Shown: positions 17,597 to 26,670 of the stretch, in pieces
How positions within the stretch are numbered: position 1 is the first letter of the stretch
Layout: every line of letters begins with the position of its first letter
Virus record (IMG/VR): IMGVR_UViG_3300044991_001301
Strand: one strand, 5' to 3'
DNA: 64,000 nucleotides
DNA from: a virus
Notes under the pieces: model-generated
Told to the model about the DNA's origin: nothing
The model's input: the letters and a program-made list of their open reading frames with translations, nothing else
Database searches by the model: none
Position numbers and translations under genes: made by a program

Positions 17597-17664
17597 TGGT
17601 GCCCACAGTGTGGGAATCGAACCCCCGTCCAACATGCCTTCTATCCAAAGGAATTACAACAATC
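17597..17664 (-). pseudogene. Orphan tmRNA/tRNA-like 3' end (T-arm + ACCA)
   Basis: Minus strand ...GGCATGTTGGACGGGGGTTCGATTCCCACACTGTGGGCACCA has a canonical GGTTCGATTCC T-arm and an ACCA end, but no matching 5' half or anticodon arm is visible. Confidence 0.45.
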
Positions 17665-17667
17665 TTT

Positions 17668-20600
17668 TTATTTATTCCTAAAATACAATGCGTCGAATTT
17701 CGCTCTCAGCCACGGCCAATCATAGCTTAGCTTTAATTTCTCAAAATCACCATTAACTTCTTTGTAATACTCCACCGCGTGTTGAGCACCATCAATGCTA
17801 TATTGAGCAAAATCACCCATTCCAACTGTCAGCCAGAATTCAAGTCGTTCATTGCTGATATCAGAGGCGTCGTGGACTAACTTTAACGCTTCTCTAAACG
17901 CAGTTCTCCACGTGCTATATGCATCGGTATTGTATACTGCTGTGCCACTCGTAATTTTAACAACCTCGTGCTCGTCATCCATTGTAAAGTCAAGACCTGT
18001 GCCAGGATTAGCAAGTGTCAATTTTTTGTTATATGCAATCATAGCTTGGTGTCCATATACTAACCCATTCACGGGGTTTTTAGCATGAAATACATAATGC
18101 TTGGGTATTTGTAATCTGTCGGGTTGCCAATTCCAATCAAACTTTACCGCAACCTTTAACTTTGCGAAAACTGTAAACATCCAAGCCGTATTACTTGCTT
18201 CAGCAGCAGCGTGATATGCTGCTACTCGACCATTAACGCCGTCAACTCGGGTAATACGATTTGGCAACCCGTGCGTCACCTTAAGCAAATGCTCGTAGTT
18301 CTGTTCCGCACCCAATTCACCGTTACTTAAGAAAACAATGTCCATTGGGGAGGATTTGGTGAGTTTGCTATTAGTGATAATGTATGGATAATCGTATAAC
18401 TCTCTTTTAACATACTTGGCTGCTTCTTTAGGAACAATAATGCGAGTTCCACCCTCACTAGTAATCACGATGTTCTTTGTTTCGCTACTCCACAAACTCA
18501 TTGGTTCAGTGTCAATGACTGTAATGGCAGTGTTGTCATCAGTAGTGAATACTGCATAGGGAAAGTTAAACGGGGTGTTGATACTATCCACGTGAGTGTC
18601 ACTGGTAGTAATAATGATTGGAGCTGGCAACCGTTTGCTACGTTGACTTTGATTGTAATTAATCTTAACAAAATCTTCTAATACTGTCATATCATCACTC
18701 AACTCTCGTAATTTGTTAACATCAATTAAAAATGTATCTCCAAACTTTTGCTTGTCACTGGGGAATACGTGAAGTTGTTCTTTGGTAAAGGGATCGCATA
18801 TGTAAGTAAAGTCAAACCCTGTATAATCACAAATAGTGCTAACTACCCAAACATAATGTTCTGGTTTAACAGGCAAATTGGTCAACATAGTTCTAAATGT
18901 GTTGAGATAGCTGGTATCGTATTTTACAATCAAATTGCCGTAGCTGACATCAGCAAGTTCTTGATTGCCGTGGTCAATATACACTGTATCATACAATATG
19001 TTAGTAGCGGTTGCTCTGCGTTCTTTAACAAAATTCAAGTTAGACAAATGTTCTATGATTTTGATGTACTTGGTATCATTGGCAAATGTTTCCCGATTTA
19101 CCATAAAGGTTGTTCCCCAATGATTCCATTGAGTGCCGAACACGTGAACCATTTTCATTTGCCACGGGCTAGGGTAAAAGTCAAATTCAAAAGTGTTGTA
19201 ATCTAATTCACTATTAATCACCCAAAACAAAGTGGTTTCTGATTTGATAATGCACCTGTTGATAGTGTCAACCCAATTGTTCAAGTAGCGTGTTTTTTGT
19301 AGTTGTGGGTAGCGGAGTTTTAACTCATCGTACCGGTGTGCGCTTTCTGCATTTCTTTTATCTATAAAGAACATACTTAGATTGCTGTCTACCTTCACAC
19401 TAGCACCTTCAACATAATTATATGCTTGGTGCCCTAATATATACATTGGGCCGTTGACATAGTAAGTTTGTGTATTGATACTGTTTTCATTGCCAAACAC
19501 ATTGATGTGTCTGAAGTTTTCTTCTGTGGGTTTCCAACTAAAATCAAATTTAGAATAATTCAAGTCAGGATTGATAGCCCAGAACACCTCATCAGAATGT
19601 TCGGCAATCAACTCTTCCAATGTTGTTTTAATTTTATAACGGTTGACTACTGCTTTCTTTGTTTCGTTAGTTCTAGCCATCAACACAACTTCATTGGCAT
19701 CAGGGACAGAATAGCGTGGCCCATTGTCAGCCCATTGATATATTTGTGGCGGACTGTGTGGGTTAGGTCTCCATGTAAAGTCAAATGTTTCTAAGTCATC
19801 ATTGTTATTGATAGCCCAAAACTGAACCTGTGCTTTAGGGGTAGCAACAGGACTATCCATATACTTAAACTCTGTGGCACCCTCACAATGATACTCAATG
19901 GATGGCTCGATAGTCATATCATTCCACTTGTTACCAAACACATAGATATAGGCGGGGCTATTGGGGTCTGGACGCCAACTATAATCAAACCATTCAATTG
20001 GGATCAATCGTTTCCAATTGTGATCTGTAGCAGTTGACTTTACTACACCAACGATATCTGTTATGTATTTTCTATCACTCGCTCCGGGTGTGTGATACTC
20101 TACAGTTGGTTCGCGTACGCCGTCGTGCCATTGATTACCAAACACATAGATATAGGGACTAGAGTGGGGATTGGGTCTCCAACTATAATCAAAGTTGTCT
20201 ACTGGTATCAGCGTTTTCCAGTGTTTGTGCGTATTAGCAACGGTAGCGACAACATCTGTGACAAAGCTTTTTTCTCTAGCACCTTCTACAATGTACTCCA
20301 CCGTAGGTTCTGTCATAGCATCGTGCCATTGATTACCAAACACATAGATATAAGCGGGGCTATTGGGGTCTGGTCGCCAACTAAAGTCAAAAGACTCAAC
20401 AGGAATTAATATCTTCCAATTTTGCGGTACAGGTAGTGTTTTAGCCACCCTGTCTAGCATATATTTTCGTTCGGTGGCAGAAGGGCAATGGTATTCAATC
20501 GTGGGTTCTTTCTCCGCACCATTAGACTGATTGCCCCATACATAGATGTATGCGGGTTCACGTGGGTCTGGTCTCCAACTAAAGTCAAATGATGACTTGT

Positions 20601-23600
20601 CAACTGGTATTAATAGTTGGTACCTATCCCATTGGGGGACTACGTCAGCCTCACCCACGTATTTGCGCTCAGTCGCCCCATCACAATGAAATTCAAGTGT
20701 CGATTGTAATTCGCCGGCGACATATTTATTGCCCCATACATAGATGTATGCTGGTTCACGTGGGTCTGGTCTCCAACTAAAGTCAAAGTTTTCAACTGCT
20801 TGTAAAATCTTCCAACTTGCGTGTATGGGTGTCACGCTAACATCGTTACCCATGTATTTAAACTCTGTGGCTCCATCACAGTAATATTCCACTGTGGGTT
20901 TCAATTCAGCACTGATATGTTTGTTACCCCATACATAGATATATGCGGGTTCTCTGGGATCCGGTCTCCAACTAAAGTCAAAGTTTTCAACTGCTTGTAC
21001 AATCTTCCATTTGTCAAATTGGGGAACTACTTCCACAGTGTCGTCCATGTATTTGCGCTCAACAGCTCCTTCGCAATGATATTCAAGTGTAGGTATTAGC
21101 TCCCCGGATACCCACTTGTTTCCCCAGACATAGATATATGCTGGTTCACGTGGGTCGGGTCGCCAAGTAAGGTCAAACTTAGTTTTGTCTATAGGCTGAA
21201 TTTCATTCCAACGATTAGTTTCTGGCAAGACGGCAACCTCATCACCCATATATTTTCGTTCTGTGGCATCGTCGCAATGATATTCAAGGGTAGGCTTCAA
21301 GTCGGCGGCGATCCACTTGTTACCCCAGACATAGATATATGAGGGTTCACGAGGATCAGGTCTCCAACTAAAGTCAAAGTTTTCAACTGCTTGTACAATC
21401 TTCCATTTGTCAAATTGTGGCAAGACTTCAACATTGTTGTCCATGTACTTGCGCTCAACAGCTCCTTCGCAATGATATTCCACAGTGGGTTTCAACTCAG
21501 CACTAATGTGTTTATTACCCCATACATAGATATATGCGGGTTCTCTGGGATCAGGACGCCATGTCAAGTCAAACTTAGTTTTATCAACTGGCTGAATTTC
21601 ATTCCAACGATTAGTTTCTGGCAAGACAGCAACCTCATCACCCATATATTTTCGTTCGGTTGCCCCTTCACAGTGATATTCCACTGTGGGTTTCAACTCA
21701 GCACTAATGTGTTTATTACCCCATACATAGATATATGCGGGTTCTCTGGGATCAGGACGCCATGTCAAGTCAAACTTAGTTTTGTCTACTGATTGTATTT
21801 CTTCCCATTTGGCTTGCTCAGGTAGCACCTCAACATCATCTCCCATATATTTAAGTTCAGTCGCACCATCGCAATGATATTCTATTGTTGCTTTTAACTC
21901 AGCACTGATATGTTTATTTCCCCAGACATAAATGTATAGTGGTTCACGTGGGTCGGGTCGCCAAGTAAGGTCAAACTTAGTTTTGTCTATAGGCTGTATT
22001 TCTTTCCATCGATTAAGTTCAGGTAGCACCTCAACGTCATCTCCCATATATTTGCGTTCGGTAGCTCCCTCACAGTGATATTCTATAGTGGGTTTCAACT
22101 CAGCACTGATATGTTTGTTACCCCAGACATAGATATATGCGGGTTCTCTGGGATCAGGTCGCCAAGTAAGGTCAAACTTAGTTTTGTCTATGGCCTGGAC
22201 TTCTCTCCAGCGATTATATTCTGGCAATACCATAACCCCTTCGCCCATATATTTTCGCGCAATGGCTCCTTCACAGTGATATTCAAGAGTTGGCTTCAAG
22301 TCGCCGGCTATCCACTTGTTGCCCCATACATAGATATAAGCTGGTTCGCGTGGATCTGGTCGCCAAGTAAGGTCAAACTTAGTCTTGTCTATGGGTTGAA
22401 TTTCTTCCCATCTATCTTGATCAGGCAATACCACAACATCATTACCCATATATTTAAGTTCAGTCGCCCCTTCACAGTGATATTCTATAGTGGGTTTCAA
22501 CTCAGCACTGATGTGCTTGTTGCCCCATACATAGATATATGCGGGTTCTCTGGGATCAGGACGCCATGTCAAGTCAAACTTAGTTTTGTCTATAGATTGT
22601 ATTTCTTTCCAGTGATTGAGTTCAGGTAGCACCTCAACATCATTACCCATATATTTAAGTTCAGTCGCACCATCGCAATGATATTCTATTGTTGCTTTTA
22701 ACTCAGCACTAATGTGTTTATTACCCCATACATAGATATATGCGGGTTCTCTGGGATCAGGACGCCATGTCAAATCAAAGGTATGTCTATCGATAGATTG
22801 TATTTCTTTCCAGTGATTGAGTTCAGGTAGCACCTCAACATCATTACCCATATATTTAAGTTCAGTCGCCCCTTCACAGTGATATTCTATTGTTGCTTTT
22901 AACTCAGCACTGATATGTTTGTTACCCCAGACATAAATGTATAGTGGTTCACGTGGGTCGGGTCGCCATGTCAAATCAAAGGTATGTCTATCGATAGATT
23001 GAACCTCATTCCAGCGATTGAGTTCAGGTAGCACCTCAACATCATTACCCATATATTTAAGTTCAGTCGCCCCTTCACAGTGATATTCTATCGTTGACTT
23101 TAACTCAGCACTGATATGTTTGTTGCCCCACACATAGATATAGGGAGGTTCATGTAAGTTGGGATCAGGTCTCCAACTAAAATCAAATTTACTTTTATCA
23201 ACTGACTGTACTTCTGTCCATCTATCCCATTCTGGTTCTAACGCAACAATGTCCATGTATTTGTATTCTGTTGCTCCCGGAACTGTATATTCTAATGTTG
23301 GTTTAACTTCAGCCGGATCATATTTGTTTCCCCATACATAGATATATGGTGGTTCACGTGGGTCGGGTCGCCAAGTAAGGTCAAACTTAGTCTTGTCTAC
23401 CGGTTGAACCTCATTCCAGCGATTAAGTTCAGGTAGCACATCAACATTGCCCATATATTTTCGTTCGGTAGCTCCCTCACAGTGATATTCAAGGGTCGGC
23501 TTCAAGTCGCCGGCTATCCACTTGTTGCCCCATACATAGATATATGCTGGTTCACGTGGGTCGGGTCGCCAACTAAAATCAAATGCGTTTTTATTCACCA

Positions 23601-24351
23601 CCTCGATCCCTACCCATTTATCCCATTGGGGCAGTACTTCAACTAACTCAGGCATATGCTTGATTTCAGTGGCATTGGGAGTGTGATACTCTAGTGTAGA
23701 TTGTAGCGTGCCATCAATAAACTTGTTACCCCATACATATATGTAGGGCGGGTCGAGGGGGCTAGGTCTCCAAGTCATATCAAACTTGTCTTTGTCTACT
23801 GTGTGTTCCGTCTCTACCCAATTAGCTGTGTTTGACAGTAATTCCACCGTATCAGCCATATACTTGATAGCTGTAGCACCAGGGGTGTGATATTCTACAC
23901 AGGCTTTTAGGTGCACCGGGAAGAACTTACAACCCCAGGTATAGATATATGGAGGATCGGATGGATCTGGGTGCCAACTAAAATCAAATTTAGTCTCGTC
24001 AACTAAATCTAACAACACCCAACAATCATTCTTTTGATTTTTCCGTTTTATTGGATCAACGTCATTTCGATAGATAATAATTTCGCTAGGTTCAGATGGG
24101 CATAACCAAGTGCCGCTGTCTTTTTGGTGGAGACTGGGCCACACATTATTATGTTCTTCTGCCCAAACATCTTCATCGGGTAAGAATTCAAAATCAAAAT
24201 CCCAATCAAAGTTACGATAATCACAATGTTCGTTGATTATCCAAAAATGCGCAGTGGTACATTGACCTCTAGCGTCATCTATTGACGCAGCAAATTTTTC
24301 TCTTGGGTGAACATTGGGTTTTTTGTTACAGTAAAATACATCGAGGAGCAT
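17668..24351 (-). CDS. Giant tandem-repeat protein with degenerate glycosyltransferase-like domains
   Basis: 2227 aa with about 22 copies of FD(L/F)(T/S)WRPDPREPAYIYVWGNK...EYHCEGATE.KYM. The C-terminal domain (DIVFLSNGE...RVDGVNG..AAYHAAA...WRTAFREALKL) aligns by eye with 45170..46120. Confidence 0.75.
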   Translation of the reverse strand: MLLDVFYCNKKPNVHPREKFAASIDDARGQCTTAHFWIINEHCDYRNFDWDFDFEFLPDEDVWAEEHNNVWPSLHQKDSGTWLCPSEPSEIIIYRNDVDPIKRKNQKNDCWVLLDLVDETKFDFSWHPDPSDPPYIYTWGCKFFPVHLKACVEYHTPGATAIKYMADTVELLSNTANWVETEHTVDKDKFDMTWRPSPLDPPYIYVWGNKFIDGTLQSTLEYHTPNATEIKHMPELVEVLPQWDKWVGIEVVNKNAFDFSWRPDPREPAYIYVWGNKWIAGDLKPTLEYHCEGATERKYMGNVDVLPELNRWNEVQPVDKTKFDLTWRPDPREPPYIYVWGNKYDPAEVKPTLEYTVPGATEYKYMDIVALEPEWDRWTEVQSVDKSKFDFSWRPDPNLHEPPYIYVWGNKHISAELKSTIEYHCEGATELKYMGNDVEVLPELNRWNEVQSIDRHTFDLTWRPDPREPLYIYVWGNKHISAELKATIEYHCEGATELKYMGNDVEVLPELNHWKEIQSIDRHTFDLTWRPDPREPAYIYVWGNKHISAELKATIEYHCDGATELKYMGNDVEVLPELNHWKEIQSIDKTKFDLTWRPDPREPAYIYVWGNKHISAELKPTIEYHCEGATELKYMGNDVVVLPDQDRWEEIQPIDKTKFDLTWRPDPREPAYIYVWGNKWIAGDLKPTLEYHCEGAIARKYMGEGVMVLPEYNRWREVQAIDKTKFDLTWRPDPREPAYIYVWGNKHISAELKPTIEYHCEGATERKYMGDDVEVLPELNRWKEIQPIDKTKFDLTWRPDPREPLYIYVWGNKHISAELKATIEYHCDGATELKYMGDDVEVLPEQAKWEEIQSVDKTKFDLTWRPDPREPAYIYVWGNKHISAELKPTVEYHCEGATERKYMGDEVAVLPETNRWNEIQPVDKTKFDLTWRPDPREPAYIYVWGNKHISAELKPTVEYHCEGAVERKYMDNNVEVLPQFDKWKIVQAVENFDFSWRPDPREPSYIYVWGNKWIAADLKPTLEYHCDDATERKYMGDEVAVLPETNRWNEIQPIDKTKFDLTWRPDPREPAYIYVWGNKWVSGELIPTLEYHCEGAVERKYMDDTVEVVPQFDKWKIVQAVENFDFSWRPDPREPAYIYVWGNKHISAELKPTVEYYCDGATEFKYMGNDVSVTPIHASWKILQAVENFDFSWRPDPREPAYIYVWGNKYVAGELQSTLEFHCDGATERKYVGEADVVPQWDRYQLLIPVDKSSFDFSWRPDPREPAYIYVWGNQSNGAEKEPTIEYHCPSATERKYMLDRVAKTLPVPQNWKILIPVESFDFSWRPDPNSPAYIYVFGNQWHDAMTEPTVEYIVEGAREKSFVTDVVATVANTHKHWKTLIPVDNFDYSWRPNPHSSPYIYVFGNQWHDGVREPTVEYHTPGASDRKYITDIVGVVKSTATDHNWKRLIPIEWFDYSWRPDPNSPAYIYVFGNKWNDMTIEPSIEYHCEGATEFKYMDSPVATPKAQVQFWAINNNDDLETFDFTWRPNPHSPPQIYQWADNGPRYSVPDANEVVLMARTNETKKAVVNRYKIKTTLEELIAEHSDEVFWAINPDLNYSKFDFSWKPTEENFRHINVFGNENSINTQTYYVNGPMYILGHQAYNYVEGASVKVDSNLSMFFIDKRNAESAHRYDELKLRYPQLQKTRYLNNWVDTINRCIIKSETTLFWVINSELDYNTFEFDFYPSPWQMKMVHVFGTQWNHWGTTFMVNRETFANDTKYIKIIEHLSNLNFVKERRATATNILYDTVYIDHGNQELADVSYGNLIVKYDTSYLNTFRTMLTNLPVKPEHYVWVVSTICDYTGFDFTYICDPFTKEQLHVFPSDKQKFGDTFLIDVNKLRELSDDMTVLEDFVKINYNQSQRSKRLPAPIIITTSDTHVDSINTPFNFPYAVFTTDDNTAITVIDTEPMSLWSSETKNIVITSEGGTRIIVPKEAAKYVKRELYDYPYIITNSKLTKSSPMDIVFLSNGELGAEQNYEHLLKVTHGLPNRITRVDGVNGRVAAYHAAAEASNTAWMFTVFAKLKVAVKFDWNWQPDRLQIPKHYVFHAKNPVNGLVYGHQAMIAYNKKLTLANPGTGLDFTMDDEHEVVKITSGTAVYNTDAYSTWRTAFREALKLVHDASDISNERLEFWLTVGMGDFAQYSIDGAQHAVEYYKEVNGDFEKLKLSYDWPWLRAKFDALYFRNK
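19730..23990 (-). repeat. Coding tandem repeat, about 201-bp (67-aa) unit, about 22 copies
   Basis: ATTACCCATATATTTAAGTTCAGTCGC recurs at about 22441, 22642, 22843 and 23044 (201-bp period). Central copies are near-identical in DNA and outer copies are diverged. Confidence 0.95.
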
Positions 24352-24358
24352 CTTTTAC

Positions 24359-25834
24359 TTATGACAAAACTTTAACCCCATACAGTTTTTTAAACCTATC
24401 AGCATCTTCTCGGTTGTTAACCATTGGCTCACCGCGAACATTTAAGCTGGTATTCAACAGCATAGGACATCCCGTCAGCACGAACCATTTCTCTAATAAT
24501 TCCCTAATGCCAGAACCATCTTTGGGGACAGTTTGCACTCTGCTAGTACCATCTTTATGAATGATGGCGGGGAACAACTTAGGATGTGCGCAGTCACTTA
24601 TAACCTGCATATAGTGACTGTTGTTCCAGTTTCTAGGCATATTAAAATATTGGTGAACATATTCTTCTAGTATCACCGGGGCAAATGGTCTAAATCGCTG
24701 TCTGCGTTTAATCTCATTTACCCGGTCTTTGATTTCATCCCCTCTAGGATCGGCTAATAAACTACGATTGCCTAATGCTCTTGGCCCAAACTCGGCTCTG
24801 CCATTGGCAACACCTACTATCTTATCAGTCAGTAGTGCATCTAATATGCCATTTACCGGGTAATCACCGGGAATGTTATGGCCAAGATAAGCATCCGTCC
24901 ACTTAACCTGTTTACCGTAACCTAAACACGCGGCACCCAAACTGTTACCAGCGTCTCCGGGGTTAGGCATAATCCAAATATGTTCATAAAAGTCGCCGAG
25001 ACTTCTATTGGCCAAACAATTTAATGCCACACCTCCACCATATACTAGATTTCTACTCCTACCCAGTACTCTAGCTTTAGCCATAACAAAGCGTATCATT
25101 CTTTCTACTAGATGTTGACTAGTACTAGCTATATCCATATGGTTGGCATTAGGTAAGAAATCTAAGCCAGCACCTATATGTAGATTTTTTTTGAAACTTA
25201 AGATGTCAGTGGACGATAGTAACTCTTTATTCATCTCGGTAAGATACTTGGGTGTACCGTATGCTGCCATACCCATCAATATGTATTCTTCATCCAGCGG
25301 TCTTAGACCAACTCGTTCAGTCATCGCTGAATAGAATAGCCCAATGCTGTCTGGATAGCGTTTACTCCATAGTTTTTTATACTTAGCGACACCGTTCTCA
25401 TACCAGGCATCCCATATGGTTATCGTGTCAAACTCGCCGATAGCATCAATCACTACCACTGTAGCATCTTGAAACACGCTTGTTTGAAAGCCGGCGGCGG
25501 CGTGACATAGGTGATGTCCGTGCGTATGAATTTTAGGAGAGCCCATTTGAGAATAGCTGTCACCTAATAGCTTATCCCATGTTGGCCAAGTAAAGCCCTC
25601 ACCACTACGTAGTTGACGCAGTGACTTAAGCCAGGGCCGTTCATAGTAATGATATGACAGTTGGTCAGAGTTTGTAAATGTCAATGCGTCTACTAATAGT
25701 TCTTCACAGATATCTTTATCGTGTTTTTTCTTACTATAGCGTTCACTGTGTCCGGCAAATAGAATATTCCCGGAACTATCTACCACACTTAGTGCGGCAT
25801 CGTGAAACCCGGCTGATATACCTATATAGTTCAC
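24359..25834 (-). CDS. O-carbamoyltransferase (NodU/CmcH/TobZ family)
   Basis: GISAGFHDAA, ERYSKKKHD, HHLCHAAA, DAIGE, GGVALNC, PGDAG, EFGPRALGNRS, FRPFAP and LNTSLN. Confidence 0.95.
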   Translation of the reverse strand: MNYIGISAGFHDAALSVVDSSGNILFAGHSERYSKKKHDKDICEELLVDALTFTNSDQLSYHYYERPWLKSLRQLRSGEGFTWPTWDKLLGDSYSQMGSPKIHTHGHHLCHAAAGFQTSVFQDATVVVIDAIGEFDTITIWDAWYENGVAKYKKLWSKRYPDSIGLFYSAMTERVGLRPLDEEYILMGMAAYGTPKYLTEMNKELLSSTDILSFKKNLHIGAGLDFLPNANHMDIASTSQHLVERMIRFVMAKARVLGRSRNLVYGGGVALNCLANRSLGDFYEHIWIMPNPGDAGNSLGAACLGYGKQVKWTDAYLGHNIPGDYPVNGILDALLTDKIVGVANGRAEFGPRALGNRSLLADPRGDEIKDRVNEIKRRQRFRPFAPVILEEYVHQYFNMPRNWNNSHYMQVISDCAHPKLFPAIIHKDGTSRVQTVPKDGSGIRELLEKWFVLTGCPMLLNTSLNVRGEPMVNNREDADRFKKLYGVKVLS

Positions 25835-25929
25835 CGGTAGATAAAAGGATCGCGTTTACGGAGTTCTTTGATACGTTTTCGATATTTATATTCTCTTAGT
25901 AGATATCTAAACCAGTTAACTATAAACAT
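25831..25929 (-). CDS. 32-aa microprotein coupled to the carbamoyltransferase (DPFIY motif)
   Basis: MFIVNWFRYLLREYKYRKRIKELRKRDPFIYR*. Its TGA overlaps the GTG start of the carbamoyltransferase (GTGA). Too short for the ORF track. Confidence 0.7.
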   Translation of the reverse strand: MFIVNWFRYLLREYKYRKRIKELRKRDPFIYR

Positions 25930-26663
25930 TTTGTTTCCTCTAAGAAGTTACATAATTCATCGGCATACAATGAGTGGGGGATTTCATTATGGTGCCAATA
26001 TTTTGCTTTGGGGTTTGTGTACCCTGCGTTTTTATACTTAGGGTAGAAAGATTGTTCACTATCTTCCATGTGATAATATTTTGAAGTATCAATTTGCTCA
26101 AAGTAAAAACTAGTATGAGTGTCACGTGGTTGAAACATATACATTACGTTAGACATCAGATAGTTGCTATTTTTTGTTTGTAGGAAATATTGAAGTTGAA
26201 GTACACTATTAGCACTTACAATTTCCAAATACTTTTCATTTTTCGCTATAAATTTATGGTAGTCAACAATGAATAATTTTTCTTCGGTGTCGTCGCCAGG
26301 ATACCCCATGTTTATTCTAGCAAAATTGTTTCCGCTAGTGGCGCAGTAGTCACCTGCATTATTATCGTACCAGCTTATTCTGTCGCGCGGGACTTCCATT
26401 CTAGAACTATCTGTCCAACCAATCAACACAAATACGTCCATGGTTTTAGAATCATATTTTTCGCTGAACCATTGCAGTATGCTTCGTGCAATGGTTGGAT
26501 TCGTAGAACCACCTTCTGCTATATTGATAGGCTTATAGCCTAGTTTAGCTGCTAACACATTACCATACGAGTGTTGTCGGTTATAATATGAGTCTTGCAC
26601 TCCATCTATCTCTGCGCCGGCTGAGTGACTGTCGCCGGCTATCAACATTATTTTCTCTTTCAT
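25920..26663 (-). CDS. SGNH/GDSL-like hydrolase or acyltransferase
   Basis: IAGDSHSAG (block I), NIAEGGSTN (block II), IGWT and a C-terminal WHHNEIPH. Confidence 0.7.
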   Translation of the reverse strand: MKEKIMLIAGDSHSAGAEIDGVQDSYYNRQHSYGNVLAAKLGYKPINIAEGGSTNPTIARSILQWFSEKYDSKTMDVFVLIGWTDSSRMEVPRDRISWYDNNAGDYCATSGNNFARINMGYPGDDTEEKLFIVDYHKFIAKNEKYLEIVSANSVLQLQYFLQTKNSNYLMSNVMYMFQPRDTHTSFYFEQIDTSKYYHMEDSEQSFYPKYKNAGYTNPKAKYWHHNEIPHSLYADELCNFLEETKCL

Positions 26664-26670
26664 ATTATTG

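Noticed and set aside
17597-17664. Complete tRNA gene
   Set aside because: Only a T-arm and ACCA end are present. No D-arm, anticodon arm or pairing 5' acceptor strand could be folded.
19730-23990. Repeat array as a CRISPR array
   Set aside because: The units are about 201 bp, in frame and protein coding, with no short repeat/unique spacer pattern and no cas genes.
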